Origin: Candidatus Hydrothermarchaeota archaeon
GTDB taxonomy: Archaea; CAYFZR01
NCBI GenBank assembly: GCA_046760505.1
Contig: JBHIEG010000002.1
Location: 32,001-96,000 of the forward strand
Length of the DNA: 64,000 bases
Direction of reading: 5' to 3'
In this document: positions 1-10,389 of the stretch, one piece after another
How the letters are laid out: each line of letters opens with the position of its first letter
How positions within the stretch are numbered: the first letter of the stretch is position 1
Made by a program: the position numbers and the translations under genes
Notes under the pieces: model-generated
What the model was told of the DNA's origin: nothing
The model's input: only the letters and a program-made list of their open reading frames with translations
Database searches by the model: none

Positions 1-69
1 CAGCTCTATATTTTACAAATATTCAATGGAATAATGACCTTAGCAATAGCCATTTTATTCTTGAGGTGA
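1..69 (+). CDS. 3' end of a membrane protein gene (partial)
   Basis: Frame 1 reads QLYILQIFNGIMTLAIAILFLR then TGA at 67-69; hydrophobic; the stop overlaps the GAGGTGA RBS of the next gene. Confidence 0.5.
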   Translation, partial: QLYILQIFNGIMTLAIAILFLR

Positions 70-73
70 TTCC

Positions 74-1387
74 TTGAGGGTTTTATGTGTAATAGGAAGC
101 AGACCAGAAATAATAAAGATGGCCCCGGTGATTGAGGAGTTCGTGGAGGAGGAATTATGGATAATACACACAGGTCAGCACTACGACTATCTTATGTCCA
201 TGAGTTTCATAGAGGAACTGGGATTGCCAGGCATAGACAAAAACCTCGAGGTCGGATCTGGTACGCATGCATACCAGACTTCGAGTATGATCATTGGCTT
301 AGAAAGAATTTTCAATGAATTTAAGCCTGATGTCGTAATCGCTGAGGGGGATACAAACAGCGTTGTAGCAACCTCCCTTACTTGCTCCAAGTTGCTGTTA
401 CCCTTTGCTCACGTAGAGTCCGGATTGAGATCTTTTGATATGACCATGCCCGAGGAAGTAAATAGAATCCTGGCTGATCACTGCTCTGAGCTCCTTTTTG
501 CTCCCACTGAAATATCTGCGCTAAATTTGATTGATGAGAACGTATCTCCCAGTAAGATATTCATAACTGGGAATACTATCGTGGATGCATGTAAAAAAAA
601 CCTATCTCTTGCCCTAAAAAAGCGAACATACGATAATTTAGATTTGGATGATTTTATACTCATGACACTGCATAGAGCAGAAAATGTTGACGACAAAGAA
701 AGATTGAAAGAGGCAATAGAAGGTTTAAAATCAATAGATTGCGAAATAGTTTTTCCAGTACATCCAAGAACAGAAAAAAGACTGAAAGAATTTAATTTGT
801 ACAAAGATTTAGTTGATTCAAATATCACAATGATAAAACCCTTAGGATATCTTGATTTTTTGAATTTGCTCTATCATTGCAAGTTTGTTATGACCGATTC
901 AGGAGGAATACAAGAAGAAGCGATTATTCTCAAAAAACCCTGCCTCACATTGAGAGAGAATACAGAAAGACCTGAAACCGTAATGCTCGGAGCAAATATA
1001 CTGGTGGGAATTGATAAAGAAAGAATGAAAAAATATGCGAATTTACTTCTAGACAGTGAAGAATTCTATAAAAAAATGACAAATGTAGAGAATCCATATG
1101 GAGATGGAACCTCAGGAGAAAAAATAGCAAAAATCATAAGAGAAAAATTTGAGAAGGGAGAATTAAAAATAAAAAGACCTGATTTTAGGGATGAATTGCC
1201 CTTCCGAAAATTTATGAAATTGGGAGATAGACACGATAACAAAAGCGTTGAAGAAATTGAAGAGGAAGAGAATATAGAAATTATGCTTATCATAGACGAA
1301 GCTGGTGTTAAATATTTCCCAAGAAAGGATTTTATTTTAAAAAGAGGAAGTATCGTGGATTACAGGAGAAGGTGGAAAATTTGTTAG
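74..1387 (+). CDS. wecB: UDP-N-acetylglucosamine 2-epimerase (non-hydrolysing) with C-terminal extension
   Basis: GSRPEIIK, HTGQHYD, HVESGLRS, PEEVNR, TDSGGIQEEA, TERPE and NPYGDG motifs. Confidence 0.95.
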   Translation: MRVLCVIGSRPEIIKMAPVIEEFVEEELWIIHTGQHYDYLMSMSFIEELGLPGIDKNLEVGSGTHAYQTSSMIIGLERIFNEFKPDVVIAEGDTNSVVATSLTCSKLLLPFAHVESGLRSFDMTMPEEVNRILADHCSELLFAPTEISALNLIDENVSPSKIFITGNTIVDACKKNLSLALKKRTYDNLDLDDFILMTLHRAENVDDKERLKEAIEGLKSIDCEIVFPVHPRTEKRLKEFNLYKDLVDSNITMIKPLGYLDFLNLLYHCKFVMTDSGGIQEEAIILKKPCLTLRENTERPETVMLGANILVGIDKERMKKYANLLLDSEEFYKKMTNVENPYGDGTSGEKIAKIIREKFEKGELKIKRPDFRDELPFRKFMKLGDRHDNKSVEEIEEEENIEIMLIIDEAGVKYFPRKDFILKRGSIVDYRRRWKIC

Positions 1388-1626
1388 GCTTAAGGTCAAA
1401 GAAAGAGATTTTCAGGTTCTTAATGTTTCTATTTTTCTTTTCCTTGATCCTTATTAGCTTGCTGCTCATGTTATTTTTGGGAAAATTTTTACTTGCAGGC
1501 AGGCTAAAGGTTACATTTGTCCAGCCATGGATTTTGAAGAGATTGATTGCGAGTATTGTACTAATATTATGGGCTTCTTTCTGGATTTTTTTGTTTAGAA
1601 CACTGGTATATCTAGATATTCTTTAA
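1372..1626 (+). CDS. small membrane protein (2 TM)
   Basis: 84 aa, two hydrophobic segments, overlaps the wecB end. Confidence 0.6.
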   Translation: MENLLGLRSKKEIFRFLMFLFFFSLILISLLLMLFLGKFLLAGRLKVTFVQPWILKRLIASIVLILWASFWIFLFRTLVYLDIL

Positions 1627-3015
1627 CTATGTTTTCTCAACAAGATTTTTGCCATATTTTAGAAGTGCTTTCAGTTCATCTCTGTCATTAGATTCAGCAT
1701 ATATCCTGAACAATGGCTCTGTTCCTGATGGTCTAAGCAAAAGCCAAGCATCATCTAGTATAATCTTCAATCCGTCGATCGTATTTATTTCCCTTACATT
1801 TTTCCCAAGGATTTTATCGGGTTTTTCGGCCAGGATTTTACTTATTAAATCAATTTTTTCTTTTTCTTCACAGTAAACACCTATTCTTTCACTGTAGATT
1901 TCACCGTAGATTTCGGTTAGGGAAGCGTAAATTTCAGAGAGAAAACCCTTTTCAGCGACCATGTTTGCCACGAGGAGAGATGCAAGGATTCCATCCTTTT
2001 CTGGAATATGTCCTCCGATGCTGAATCCTCCACTTTCCTCACAGCCAATCAAAACGTCTTTTTCCCTAAATAATTCTCCGACGTACTTAAATCCAACAGG
2101 CGTTTCGTAAACCTTTAAATTAAAGTTTTGCGCTATCCTATCAAGCATGTGCGTGGTAGCAATCGTTCTTACCACCGCGCCTTTTTTTCCTTTTTCTGCT
2201 AGATATTCCAAGAGCATGGAGAAGATTTGATTGGGGTTGTAAAACCTTCCGTTCTCGTCTACCACTCCCAATCTATCTGCGTCTCCATCTGTTGCCACTC
2301 CTATGATTGCACCAGTTTTTTTAACACACTCTACCAGATCTTTTAGATTTTCCGGGTCCGGGTCTGGTGTTAAACCACCAAAGTTTGGATCCACTTCATC
2401 GTGAATTGTATAGACCTCGCAATTCAGATCACTCAATATTGTGTTTATGTATCCATTTCCAGTTCCGTAGAGAGGATCGTAACAGACCTTGATGTTTAAG
2501 TTTTGATCCAAAAATTTTTTAACGTGCTTTATATATTCAATACTCGGGTCAACAAACTCTAAAAGATCTTCTTTCTCTAAATTTTCGAAATTTAATGATT
2601 TTATACTTTTTAAATTAAATATCTCATCTTCTATCTTATCTGTTATGTCTTTTGTAGCTGGTCCCGCATACTCAGGGATGAACTTTATTCCATTATATTC
2701 AGGAGGATTATGAGAGGCAGTGATCATAATCGCCCCGCATGCCCTTCTTACCCTTATGTAGAAAGCGGTTACAGGAGTGGGACAATTTCTCTGTGGAAAA
2801 AAAGATTTTATTCCATTCCCTCCAAATATTTCAGCACATCTCTTAGCAAAAGAATCAGAATTTTTCCTTGTATCATATCCTATGAATATTCCTCTATCTT
2901 CAATTCCTCTGTCTATTATATAGTTTGAGATTGCCTGACAAACTATCGATACATTTTCCAACGTAAAGGACTCATCCATTCTGGCTCTCCATCCATCCGT
3001 ACCAAAGGATATCAT
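1627..3015 (-). CDS. phosphoglucomutase/phosphomannomutase family protein
   Basis: FGTDGWR, TASHNP (phosphoserine), DGDADR, GCEESGG and RPSGTEP motifs. Confidence 0.95.
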   Translation of the reverse strand: MISFGTDGWRARMDESFTLENVSIVCQAISNYIIDRGIEDRGIFIGYDTRKNSDSFAKRCAEIFGGNGIKSFFPQRNCPTPVTAFYIRVRRACGAIMITASHNPPEYNGIKFIPEYAGPATKDITDKIEDEIFNLKSIKSLNFENLEKEDLLEFVDPSIEYIKHVKKFLDQNLNIKVCYDPLYGTGNGYINTILSDLNCEVYTIHDEVDPNFGGLTPDPDPENLKDLVECVKKTGAIIGVATDGDADRLGVVDENGRFYNPNQIFSMLLEYLAEKGKKGAVVRTIATTHMLDRIAQNFNLKVYETPVGFKYVGELFREKDVLIGCEESGGFSIGGHIPEKDGILASLLVANMVAEKGFLSEIYASLTEIYGEIYSERIGVYCEEKEKIDLISKILAEKPDKILGKNVREINTIDGLKIILDDAWLLLRPSGTEPLFRIYAESNDRDELKALLKYGKNLVEKT

Positions 3016-3134
3016 GAGATCAACTCCGAACTAAAATCATACATCTGAAGGTATCCACAAAGAGCATACTACTAATCGCATAATTTTTTTGATATAATTT
3101 TTATGCGAAATCTGTTAGCGTGAAATCAAATAAA

Positions 3135-3977
3135 TTAAACCAGCCCTAATTCTTGAGATATCCTTGATGTGGGTTTCTCAAGGATTTCCATGATTCTTTC
3201 AGAATTTTTTATTTCTGCAGAGTCGGCTGGTGGGATGATAAAAGTATCCTGAGGTTTCAATATGTTTATTAGGTCAGATACTCTTGCAATTTTTATCTGA
3301 GAAATTAACTCGATTGCATCCATGAAATCATCTGGATCATAGAGGAGAAGTCTGTTTGGTGCAGCTATTATAACAATACCCGGCTCGATAACTGGGGAAG
3401 TGTAAACAAAATTCTGTAAACCCTCTATCATGATTATATCGTATTTCTTCCTTAGAGCCTCGTGAGAGCTTTTAATTGCTTTTGTATACATACCTATATG
3501 TTCCTCTAACCCGAACTGGTCTCTCACCTCAACTTTCTCGTCCATTGGAGAAAAGAATTTTTCCACCAAATTTTCTGGAATGATTGAGAGATGTCTCTCC
3601 TGATTGAGAAATATGGTTGTCTTTTTGGAGATTGTAACCCTATCTATTACGAAGATATCCTCTGAATTTTTCATGGGAGCCTTAAAGATATCCAGTGGAG
3701 ACCACAATCTATGTATCGGATTAATCAACTGGATTGACTCGTTGGCATTAATAGTATCAACAAGGGTTTCTGCATCTTTGCTGTACAGAAGCCTTTTTTT
3801 AAGGCATTTTTTTGTATGCTCATAGTGATACCAGTAATTGTGACCAGATCTCGGTTTGAAGACTATGAAGTTTACTCCTTTTTTCTTTAAATTTAATGCT
3901 ATTCCCCTTGCGATGGTAGTTTTTCCGGAATCTTTGGGTTCTGTTCCAAGGATGATTATGTCGGTCATTTCGATCAC
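3135..3977 (-). CDS. archaeal predicted P-loop ATPase/GTPase (COG4028-like, BioD-fold)
   Basis: N-terminal DSGKTT, FKPxSGHNYW and IEG motifs; true start probably the ATG of MTDII. Confidence 0.7.
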   Translation of the reverse strand: MIEMTDIIILGTEPKDSGKTTIARGIALNLKKKGVNFIVFKPRSGHNYWYHYEHTKKCLKKRLLYSKDAETLVDTINANESIQLINPIHRLWSPLDIFKAPMKNSEDIFVIDRVTISKKTTIFLNQERHLSIIPENLVEKFFSPMDEKVEVRDQFGLEEHIGMYTKAIKSSHEALRKKYDIIMIEGLQNFVYTSPVIEPGIVIIAAPNRLLLYDPDDFMDAIELISQIKIARVSDLINILKPQDTFIIPPADSAEIKNSERIMEILEKPTSRISQELGLV

Positions 3978-4084
3978 CTTACTGGGGGTACTTTTAAGAT
4001 CGGTAAAAGATAAGAATAAATATCTGCTTTACTTTATTACCCTATGGTATACTTCATGGGAAATGGTCTACCAGAACCATGAGG

Positions 4085-4159
4085 GCGGTCGTAGTCTAGT
4101 GGTCAGGACATAGGCCTCCCAAGCCTAAAGCCCGGGTTCGAATCCCGGCGGCCGCGCCA
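4085..4159 (+). tRNA. tRNA-Gly(CCC), CCA encoded, no intron
   Basis: Acceptor stem GCGGTCG/CGGCCGC, anticodon arm TAGGC-CT-CCC-AA-GCCTA (anticodon 4118-4120), T arm CCGGG-TTCGAAT-CCCGG, CCA at 4157-4159. Confidence 0.96.
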
Positions 4160-4227
4160 TGCTCTGAACAATAATTTTTTCGATAATGATATATTGAAGC
4201 TCCTACTTAATCTCTCTGGGAAAAATC

Positions 4228-4596
4228 ATGAAAGGAAAAAAGATCCTATTCTGCCTGATGGTATTTTTGCTCCTCCTTTCTATGGCTTCGGGTACTGTAT
4301 ATCAGAGAGTAGGGGTAAAAAAACCAATCGTTAAGTTAGACACCGAAGTCACTTCGGAAAACAAGGCGAACTATAACTTGATTTTAGTTGGAGGTCCAAA
4401 TGTAAATTCGCTCGTAAGAGAATTGGATGAGGCAGGCAAAATACCAGTAGATATTGCAGCAGCTCCATCAGGCGAAGGATTTCTCATACTTCTAGAGGAT
4501 CCATGGGGAACAGGCATGAACGTCTTGATAGTCGCGGGACCTGATAGGGAAGGAACAAGAAAGGCGATGCTTGAATTATTCGACCTGTTGCGATAA
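4228..4596 (+). CDS. small secreted protein consisting of an S-layer C-terminal-type domain
   Basis: Signal peptide plus NLILVGGPNVN and VAGPDREGT motifs; aligns by eye with the C-terminus of the protein at 24480-26042. Confidence 0.75.
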   Translation: MKGKKILFCLMVFLLLLSMASGTVYQRVGVKKPIVKLDTEVTSENKANYNLILVGGPNVNSLVRELDEAGKIPVDIAAAPSGEGFLILLEDPWGTGMNVLIVAGPDREGTRKAMLELFDLLR

Positions 4597-4692
4597 TCAA
4601 ACCATACTGACATTCACTCTTAAATCTTGCCAATATGGCCTAGGTTTTTTCCGACGGTAAAATTATCATTCAAAAAATAAACTGTTTTTATC

Positions 4693-5352
4693 ATGAAGAA
4701 GAAAATCTTCATAACTATTAGTGTAGGATTTTTACTTGGACTACTCCTTGCATTAACAGGAAAAGATCTTTCTCGCATACTTGCATACAAGATTTACTTC
4801 TTAGAAAGACTCTTCTCATTTGTAGATTCAGAAAAAAAACGTGATCTTATTATAATAGAAACATCCAATATTCTATCCTGTTTTATCATCGTTTGGGGCG
4901 GGATTGTCTTATCCAAACTCGAATTCTCTGTGTATACGGGATTAGGAAGCGAGAAATATCAAAAATTGGATAAACCGTGGGATATATTTTACAGAGCCCT
5001 TTCCAAGATGGACGAAAAATTCAAGACTCCTTCTCCTGTGCGATCCTGCAATCTTTATATCAGCATAATTCCGTTGTTGGGTTTATTCTACAATGCTCTT
5101 ATCTTCTTTTACTTTGAGACAAATTATTATATGACTCATGAAGATCTCCTGATAAGTCTTGCAATGCCCTTTGAGTTTTTGTTTTTAATTTTTTCATGTT
5201 TCCTTGGTTTAAGTTTAGAAAAACATGTTGAAATTAAAGAAAGGTCCATTTCGACTAGAATTCCCTGGAAGTTCTATATTTTATTCCTTTTCGTCATTTT
5301 AAATTTTTTACTTATTGGTTATATTGAGTTGTATTATATTTACGGTCGATAG
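4693..5352 (+). CDS. multi-pass membrane protein, unknown function
   Basis: 219 aa, about 5 hydrophobic segments. Confidence 0.7.
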   Translation: MKKKIFITISVGFLLGLLLALTGKDLSRILAYKIYFLERLFSFVDSEKKRDLIIIETSNILSCFIIVWGGIVLSKLEFSVYTGLGSEKYQKLDKPWDIFYRALSKMDEKFKTPSPVRSCNLYISIIPLLGLFYNALIFFYFETNYYMTHEDLLISLAMPFEFLFLIFSCFLGLSLEKHVEIKERSISTRIPWKFYILFLFVILNFLLIGYIELYYIYGR

Positions 5353-5407
5353 AGCAAAAAAAATTTAAATAAATAAAAATAGGAGGCTCTACATGGAGGG
5401 GTAGTAC

Positions 5408-5587
5408 ATGCCGGTGAGGATTATTGTTGAAGAGTGTATAGGTTGCGGCGCATGCGTGGATGTATGCGAACAATATGTTCTAGAAATGGAAGACGATGTA
5501 GCTGTTGTAGCAAATCCAGAAGACTGCATAGACTGCTACATGTGTGTTGACGAATGTCCAAATGAATGTATTGAAATAGAAGAGTGA
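5408..5587 (+). CDS. 2[4Fe-4S] ferredoxin (59 aa; absent from the ORF track)
   Basis: Manual translation MPVRIIVEECIGCGACVDVCEQYVLEMEDDVAVVANPEDCIDCYMCVDECPNECIEIEE; two CxxCxxCxxxC motifs; GGAGGGG RBS. Confidence 0.95.
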   Translation: MPVRIIVEECIGCGACVDVCEQYVLEMEDDVAVVANPEDCIDCYMCVDECPNECIEIEE

Positions 5588-5593
5588 TCTACA

Positions 5594-6655
5594 TTGAAGT
5601 TTAGCGTTGGTATCCTTGGTGCTACCGGAACGGTAGGTCAGAGATTTATTCAGATGCTGAGCAGGCACCCTTGGTTCGACTTAAGGGTACTGGCAGCATC
5701 CAAAAGATCAGCGGGAAAAAAATACGCTGAAGCGGCAAACTGGCTTCTCGATACAGAAATACCTGATGAGATTGCAAATGAAGAAGTAGTGCTTACCGAT
5801 GTAAAAGAAGTAAGAAAAGTGGACGATGTAGATATCGTATTCTCGGCTTTACCTTCTGATGTTGCAAGAGGAATAGAGATGGATTTCGCTAGTGAAGGAG
5901 TAATTGTTTCCAGCAATTCAAGTGCACTAAGGATGGAAGAGGATGTTCCATTGGTTATTCCCGAAGTGAACCCTGATCATTTAAAAATAATTGATTATCA
6001 AAAAGAGAAAAGAAATTGGGAGGGCTTTGTAGTAACAAATCCAAATTGTAGCGCTATACCTCTTACATTGGTCCTGAAGCCGATATACGAGAAATTTGGT
6101 ATTGAGAAAGTATGGGTAACCACGATGCAGGCTATATCAGGAGCAGGATATCCCGGTGTTGCCTCGATGGAAATACTCGATAACGTAATACCTTACATAT
6201 CAGGGGAAGAAGACAAAGTAGAGAAAGAACCTCTAAAAATACTCGGAAAACTAGAAAACAACAAATTTGAATTTGCAGAGTTCACAATTAGCGCCAGTTG
6301 TAATAGAGTCCCCGTTATGGATGGACATTTGGAATCTGTCTTTTTAATAACCAGAGAAAAGGCAGATTTAAATGAGATTATAAATATTCTGAAAAACTTC
6401 AGATCATTGCCCCAAGATTTAGGCCTGCCCACGGCTCCAAAGAACCCCATATACTTGTTTGAAGAAAAAAATAGACCTCAACCCAGACTTGATAGGAACT
6501 TGGAAGGAGGCATGTCCGTCTCAGTGGGAAGGATAAGGAGAGATATATCCTCAGAAAAAGGAATAAAGTTTACTGTATTAGGTCACAACTCCATAAGGGG
6601 CGCGGCTGGTGCCTCGATTTTGAATGCTGAACTCATCATCGAAAAGTATTTGTAG
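5594..6655 (+). CDS. asd: aspartate-semialdehyde dehydrogenase (archaeal type)
   Basis: GATGTVGQ, PEVNPDH, NPNCS (catalytic Cys), QAISGAG and HNSIRGAAG motifs. Confidence 0.96.
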   Translation: MKFSVGILGATGTVGQRFIQMLSRHPWFDLRVLAASKRSAGKKYAEAANWLLDTEIPDEIANEEVVLTDVKEVRKVDDVDIVFSALPSDVARGIEMDFASEGVIVSSNSSALRMEEDVPLVIPEVNPDHLKIIDYQKEKRNWEGFVVTNPNCSAIPLTLVLKPIYEKFGIEKVWVTTMQAISGAGYPGVASMEILDNVIPYISGEEDKVEKEPLKILGKLENNKFEFAEFTISASCNRVPVMDGHLESVFLITREKADLNEIINILKNFRSLPQDLGLPTAPKNPIYLFEEKNRPQPRLDRNLEGGMSVSVGRIRRDISSEKGIKFTVLGHNSIRGAAGASILNAELIIEKYL

Positions 6656-6701
6656 ATGAACCTTGGCTTTATCATCTGAAATCTAGCGATGGAGGTGTTC
6701 A

Positions 6702-6977
6702 ATGTTGGCAGAAGAAAACATTGTGTACATCGGCGGAAAACCCGTAATGAACTATGTTTTGGCTGTCGTAACCCAGTTTAACAACAATGCGAACGAAGTT
6801 GTAATAAAGGCAAGAGGAAGAGCCATTAGTAGAGCCGTGGATGTTGCGGAAATAGTAAGAAACAGATTCTTGACAGATGTGTCTGTTAAAACAATCGAAA
6901 TAGGAACTGAAGAACTACCAACGGAAGGAGGAAGCGTAGCAAACGTATCTGCGATAGAAATTACCCTTGCTAGGTAG
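6702..6977 (+). CDS. albA: chromatin protein Alba
   Basis: [13 protein letters not shown] and [15 protein letters not shown] signatures. Confidence 0.97.
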   Translation: MLAEENIVYIGGKPVMNYVLAVVTQFNNNANEVVIKARGRAISRAVDVAEIVRNRFLTDVSVKTIEIGTEELPTEGGSVANVSAIEITLAR

Positions 6978-6988
6978 AGTTCCAAATA

Positions 6989-7023
6989 GCGGGAATAGAA
7001 AAACCCTCCCCGCGTCTTTTTTT
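6989..7023 (+). terminator. hairpin plus oligo-T terminator after alba
   Basis: GCGGG (6989-6993) pairs with CCCGC (7009-7013), followed by a T7 run. Confidence 0.55.
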
Positions 7024-7134
7024 AATTTCCAACCAAAAAAATCACCCTCATACTTATTCTAGAGTAGATGACAAGAAATTTATAATAGCGGTACTGAAAC
7101 TAAAAACATCAAAATTTTTGGGGCAAAAGATAAG

Positions 7135-7710
7135 ATGATAGAAATCAGATTCCATGGAAGAGGCGGTCAGGGAGCGGTTACAGCTGCTCAATTGCTTGCT
7201 GAGGCTGCTTTTAATGAGGAAAAATTTACTCAAGCATTCCCCTTATTCGGAGTAGAGAGAAGGGGTGCACCAGTAATGGCATTTACAAGAATAGATGACA
7301 AGCCCATCCGAATAAGAGCACAAATTTACAATCCCGATCACGTAATCGTGTTGGATGAAACCTTGCTGGAAGCCTGTTCGGATTTAACGGACCCCTTGTG
7401 TCCGGCTCATGGAATTAAAGATAACGGGACCATACTCATAAACTCTCAAAAAGAGGCAGAGGATATAACCCGCGACTTACGCCTAAACGTTAAAAACCTA
7501 AATACAGTGAACGCTACAAGGATTGCTCTAGAAACACTCGGAGTACCAATTGTAAACACCGTCATACTAGGTGCATTTATTGCTTTTACTGATCTAATTG
7601 GTTTAAATTCCCTTAAAAAGGTTATAAAGGATAAATTCCCCGGAAAACTTGCTGAAAGAAATGTAGATGCAATTGAGATCGCCTTCGAAGAGATGAGGTT
7701 CAGGATATGA
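7135..7710 (+). CDS. porG: pyruvate/2-ketoisovalerate:ferredoxin oxidoreductase gamma subunit
   Basis: [16 protein letters not shown] and [10 protein letters not shown] motifs. Confidence 0.95.
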
Positions 7711-7967
7711 GGGTAACTGTGGCGGGTATAATAAAAGACCCTGGAAGCAGTATTAAAAATAGGACAGGTGACTGGCGTACATTTAGACCAGTATTAAATC
7801 ATCATCTTTGTATAGCATGCGGTAACTGTCATAACTTCTGCCCAGATGGGTCGGTCAATCAAAAAGGCGATAAATATGAAATAAATTATGATTACTGTAA
7901 AGGTTGCGGAATATGTGCTAACGAATGTCCGGTCGATGCTATAGAAATGATAAGAGAGGAAAAATAA
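7707..7967 (+). CDS. porD: pyruvate:ferredoxin oxidoreductase delta subunit
   Basis: TGDWRTFRP plus two [4Fe-4S] motifs ([13 protein letters not shown]). Confidence 0.95.
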   Translation: MRVTVAGIIKDPGSSIKNRTGDWRTFRPVLNHHLCIACGNCHNFCPDGSVNQKGDKYEINYDYCKGCGICANECPVDAIEMIREEK

Positions 7968-9155
7968 ATGGCCAGTAAGAAAATTTTATCCGCGAACATT
8001 GCCGCTGCGGAAACAGTGAGGTTAATTAAGCCTGACGTGATAGCAGCCTATCCTATAACACCTGCTACGAGTATTGTAGAGGCCCTTGCAAGTTTTTGCG
8101 AGCAGGGTTTATTAAAAGCGGAGTTCATTCCCACGGAATCAGAGCACAGTGCAATGAGCGCACTGGTAGGGGCATCCGCAACTGGAGCAAGAACATTTAC
8201 TGCCTCATCTTCTCAAGGAATCCTTCTAATGCACGAAATATTGTTTGCTGCGGCCGGAATGAGATTACCAATAGTTATGGCTGTAGGAAACAGAGCAGTG
8301 AATTCTCCTCTGAATATATGGTGCGAGCATACAGACTCTTTGGCGCAAAGAGATACCGGCTGGATACAAATATACGCCGAAAATAATCAGGAAGTAGTCG
8401 ATTCCCTGATCATGGCCTATAGAGTAGCTGAAGATAAGGAGGTATTGACACCAGCAATGGTATGTTTGGACGGATTCTTTTTGACTCATACCTATGAGCC
8501 GGTTGAAATACCTGAAGAGGGGGAAATAGACGATTTTTTGCCTCCCTACGAACCTTCGCATGCATATCTAGACGTAGAAAATCCAATTACACAGGGACCT
8601 GTGGTTGGACCGGATTTCTATACTGAAGTCAAGTATATCCAAGAGTTGGGGATGAAAAATTCCAAAAAAGTAATGGAAAAAGTACATGAAGAGTTTTTAA
8701 ACTGCTTTGGTCGAAAATATGGATTCATAGAAGAATACAAAATGGAAGATGCTGATATAGCCTTCTTTACTATAGGCTCCATGTCAAGTACAGGAAAAGA
8801 GGCAGTAGATCTTTTAAGAGACAGGGGTGAAAAGGTAGGATTGATAAAATTAAGGGTGTTCAGACCCATACCTGATAAGGAAATAATAGAAGTCTGCAAA
8901 GATTTAGCTGGAATAGCAGTATTTGATAGGAATTTTGGCTTTGGAAGTGGAGGGATAATATTTTCAGAGATAAAATCTTGGTTATATAAAAAAAAGATGC
9001 ATCCGGCAATTCAAGACTTCATCATTGGTCTGGGGGGGAGAGACATTAGATTAGAGGATTTCTTAAATGCATACGAAATCCAAAAAGAAGCTACAAAAAA
9101 AGGTGAATATCAAGAAATAATTTGGCTACAACTCAAAAAAGAAATGGTAGATTAA
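7968..9155 (+). CDS. porA: pyruvate:ferredoxin oxidoreductase alpha subunit
   Basis: [24 protein letters not shown] and GLGGRD motifs. Confidence 0.93.
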   Translation: MASKKILSANIAAAETVRLIKPDVIAAYPITPATSIVEALASFCEQGLLKAEFIPTESEHSAMSALVGASATGARTFTASSSQGILLMHEILFAAAGMRLPIVMAVGNRAVNSPLNIWCEHTDSLAQRDTGWIQIYAENNQEVVDSLIMAYRVAEDKEVLTPAMVCLDGFFLTHTYEPVEIPEEGEIDDFLPPYEPSHAYLDVENPITQGPVVGPDFYTEVKYIQELGMKNSKKVMEKVHEEFLNCFGRKYGFIEEYKMEDADIAFFTIGSMSSTGKEAVDLLRDRGEKVGLIKLRVFRPIPDKEIIEVCKDLAGIAVFDRNFGFGSGGIIFSEIKSWLYKKKMHPAIQDFIIGLGGRDIRLEDFLNAYEIQKEATKKGEYQEIIWLQLKKEMVD

Positions 9156-9156
9156 A

Positions 9157-9996
9157 ATGGAGCTGTTTGCGCCAGGCCATAGAGCGTGCGCAGGATGTGG
9201 AGGAACGATAGCTGCAAGGTTATTCCTAAAGGCTCTGGGAAAAAATACAATTGTGGTAAATGCCACAGGTTGTTTGGAAGTTGCCACAACCATGTACCCT
9301 GAGACTTCTTGGCGAGTGCCATGGATCCATGTGGCATTCGAAAATACCGCTGCGGTGGCCGCTGGTATAGATGCAGCACTTAGGACAATGGGGAAAAGAG
9401 ACAATATAAATATAGTCGCCTTTGCTGGAGACGGTGGAACCGCTGACATAGGGCTCCAAGCACTCTCAGGGGCAGCAGAAAGGGGACATGATATAATCTA
9501 CATCTGCTACGACAATGAAGCCTACATGAACACCGGAGTTCAAAGAAGTGGACTCACCCCCTATGGTGCCATAACCACAACTTCTCCCTCTGGTAAGGTT
9601 CAAAAGAAGAAAGATATTCCAATGATCATGTCATCCCACAACATATCATATGTTGCCACTGCTTCGATTTCTTATCCGAGGGATTACATGAAGAAGGTAA
9701 GGAAAGCATCTGAGAAGAAAGGTTTATCATACATTCATGTCCACGCTCCATGCCCAACGGGCTGGGGCTTTCCAAGTGAAAAGTCTATTGAAATAGGTAA
9801 ACTAGCGGTTAAGTCAGGAATGTGGATTCTTTATGAGATAGAAGGCGGTGTCTTCAAACTGACCCATAAACCAACCAAAAGGATCCCTGTTAGAGAGTAC
9901 CTCACCGCTCAATCGAGATTCAGACACCTAACAGAGAACGAAATAGAGGAATTACAAAAAGAAATTGAAGACAGATTTATAAGGTTGGAAAAGTAG
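9157..9996 (+). CDS. porB: pyruvate:ferredoxin oxidoreductase beta subunit
   Basis: [19 protein letters not shown] motif, DNEAYMNTG and PCPTGW. Confidence 0.93.
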   Translation: MELFAPGHRACAGCGGTIAARLFLKALGKNTIVVNATGCLEVATTMYPETSWRVPWIHVAFENTAAVAAGIDAALRTMGKRDNINIVAFAGDGGTADIGLQALSGAAERGHDIIYICYDNEAYMNTGVQRSGLTPYGAITTTSPSGKVQKKKDIPMIMSSHNISYVATASISYPRDYMKKVRKASEKKGLSYIHVHAPCPTGWGFPSEKSIEIGKLAVKSGMWILYEIEGGVFKLTHKPTKRIPVREYLTAQSRFRHLTENEIEELQKEIEDRFIRLEK

Positions 9997-10320
9997 GTGG
10001 AAAGAAAGATACTCTCTAGGTTAGAGGCTGAAATAGACTTACTGAAAAGACATTTAGAAATACTCAAATTAGTAATAGAAAAACAACCAATTGGAATCAT
10101 AAAACTCTCTGAAATAACCGGTCTTCCACAGCATAAGGTGAGATATTCCCTCAGGATACTTGAACAGGGCAATTTAATCGCTCCCTCCACCCAAGGAGCC
10201 ATTTGTAAGAGTATTCCTAAAGAATTTTTTGTTAAACTTTCTAAGAGAATAGAAGAAATCAGTGAGGATATATCTAATTTGAATGAACTGATCAACAGAA
10301 TAGATACATCAAAACTGTAA
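9997..10320 (+). CDS. winged-helix transcriptional regulator (COG3388-like)
   Basis: RHLxIL..V...QPIGIIKLSE.TGLP.HKVRYSLR.LE pattern. Confidence 0.8.
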   Translation: MERKILSRLEAEIDLLKRHLEILKLVIEKQPIGIIKLSEITGLPQHKVRYSLRILEQGNLIAPSTQGAICKSIPKEFFVKLSKRIEEISEDISNLNELINRIDTSKL

Positions 10321-10389
10321 CAAAAAATTTTTATGCTACTTGTTTTCATGGTACATGCTAACAAGTATCAAGAAAAAAAAGTGATTGGT

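Noticed and set aside
3856-4113. 85-aa plus-strand ORF
   Set aside because: Overlaps both the ATPase gene (antisense) and the tRNA; spurious.
4085-5400. Integrated element at tRNA-Gly
   Set aside because: No integrase and no repeat of the tRNA 3' end noticed in the window.
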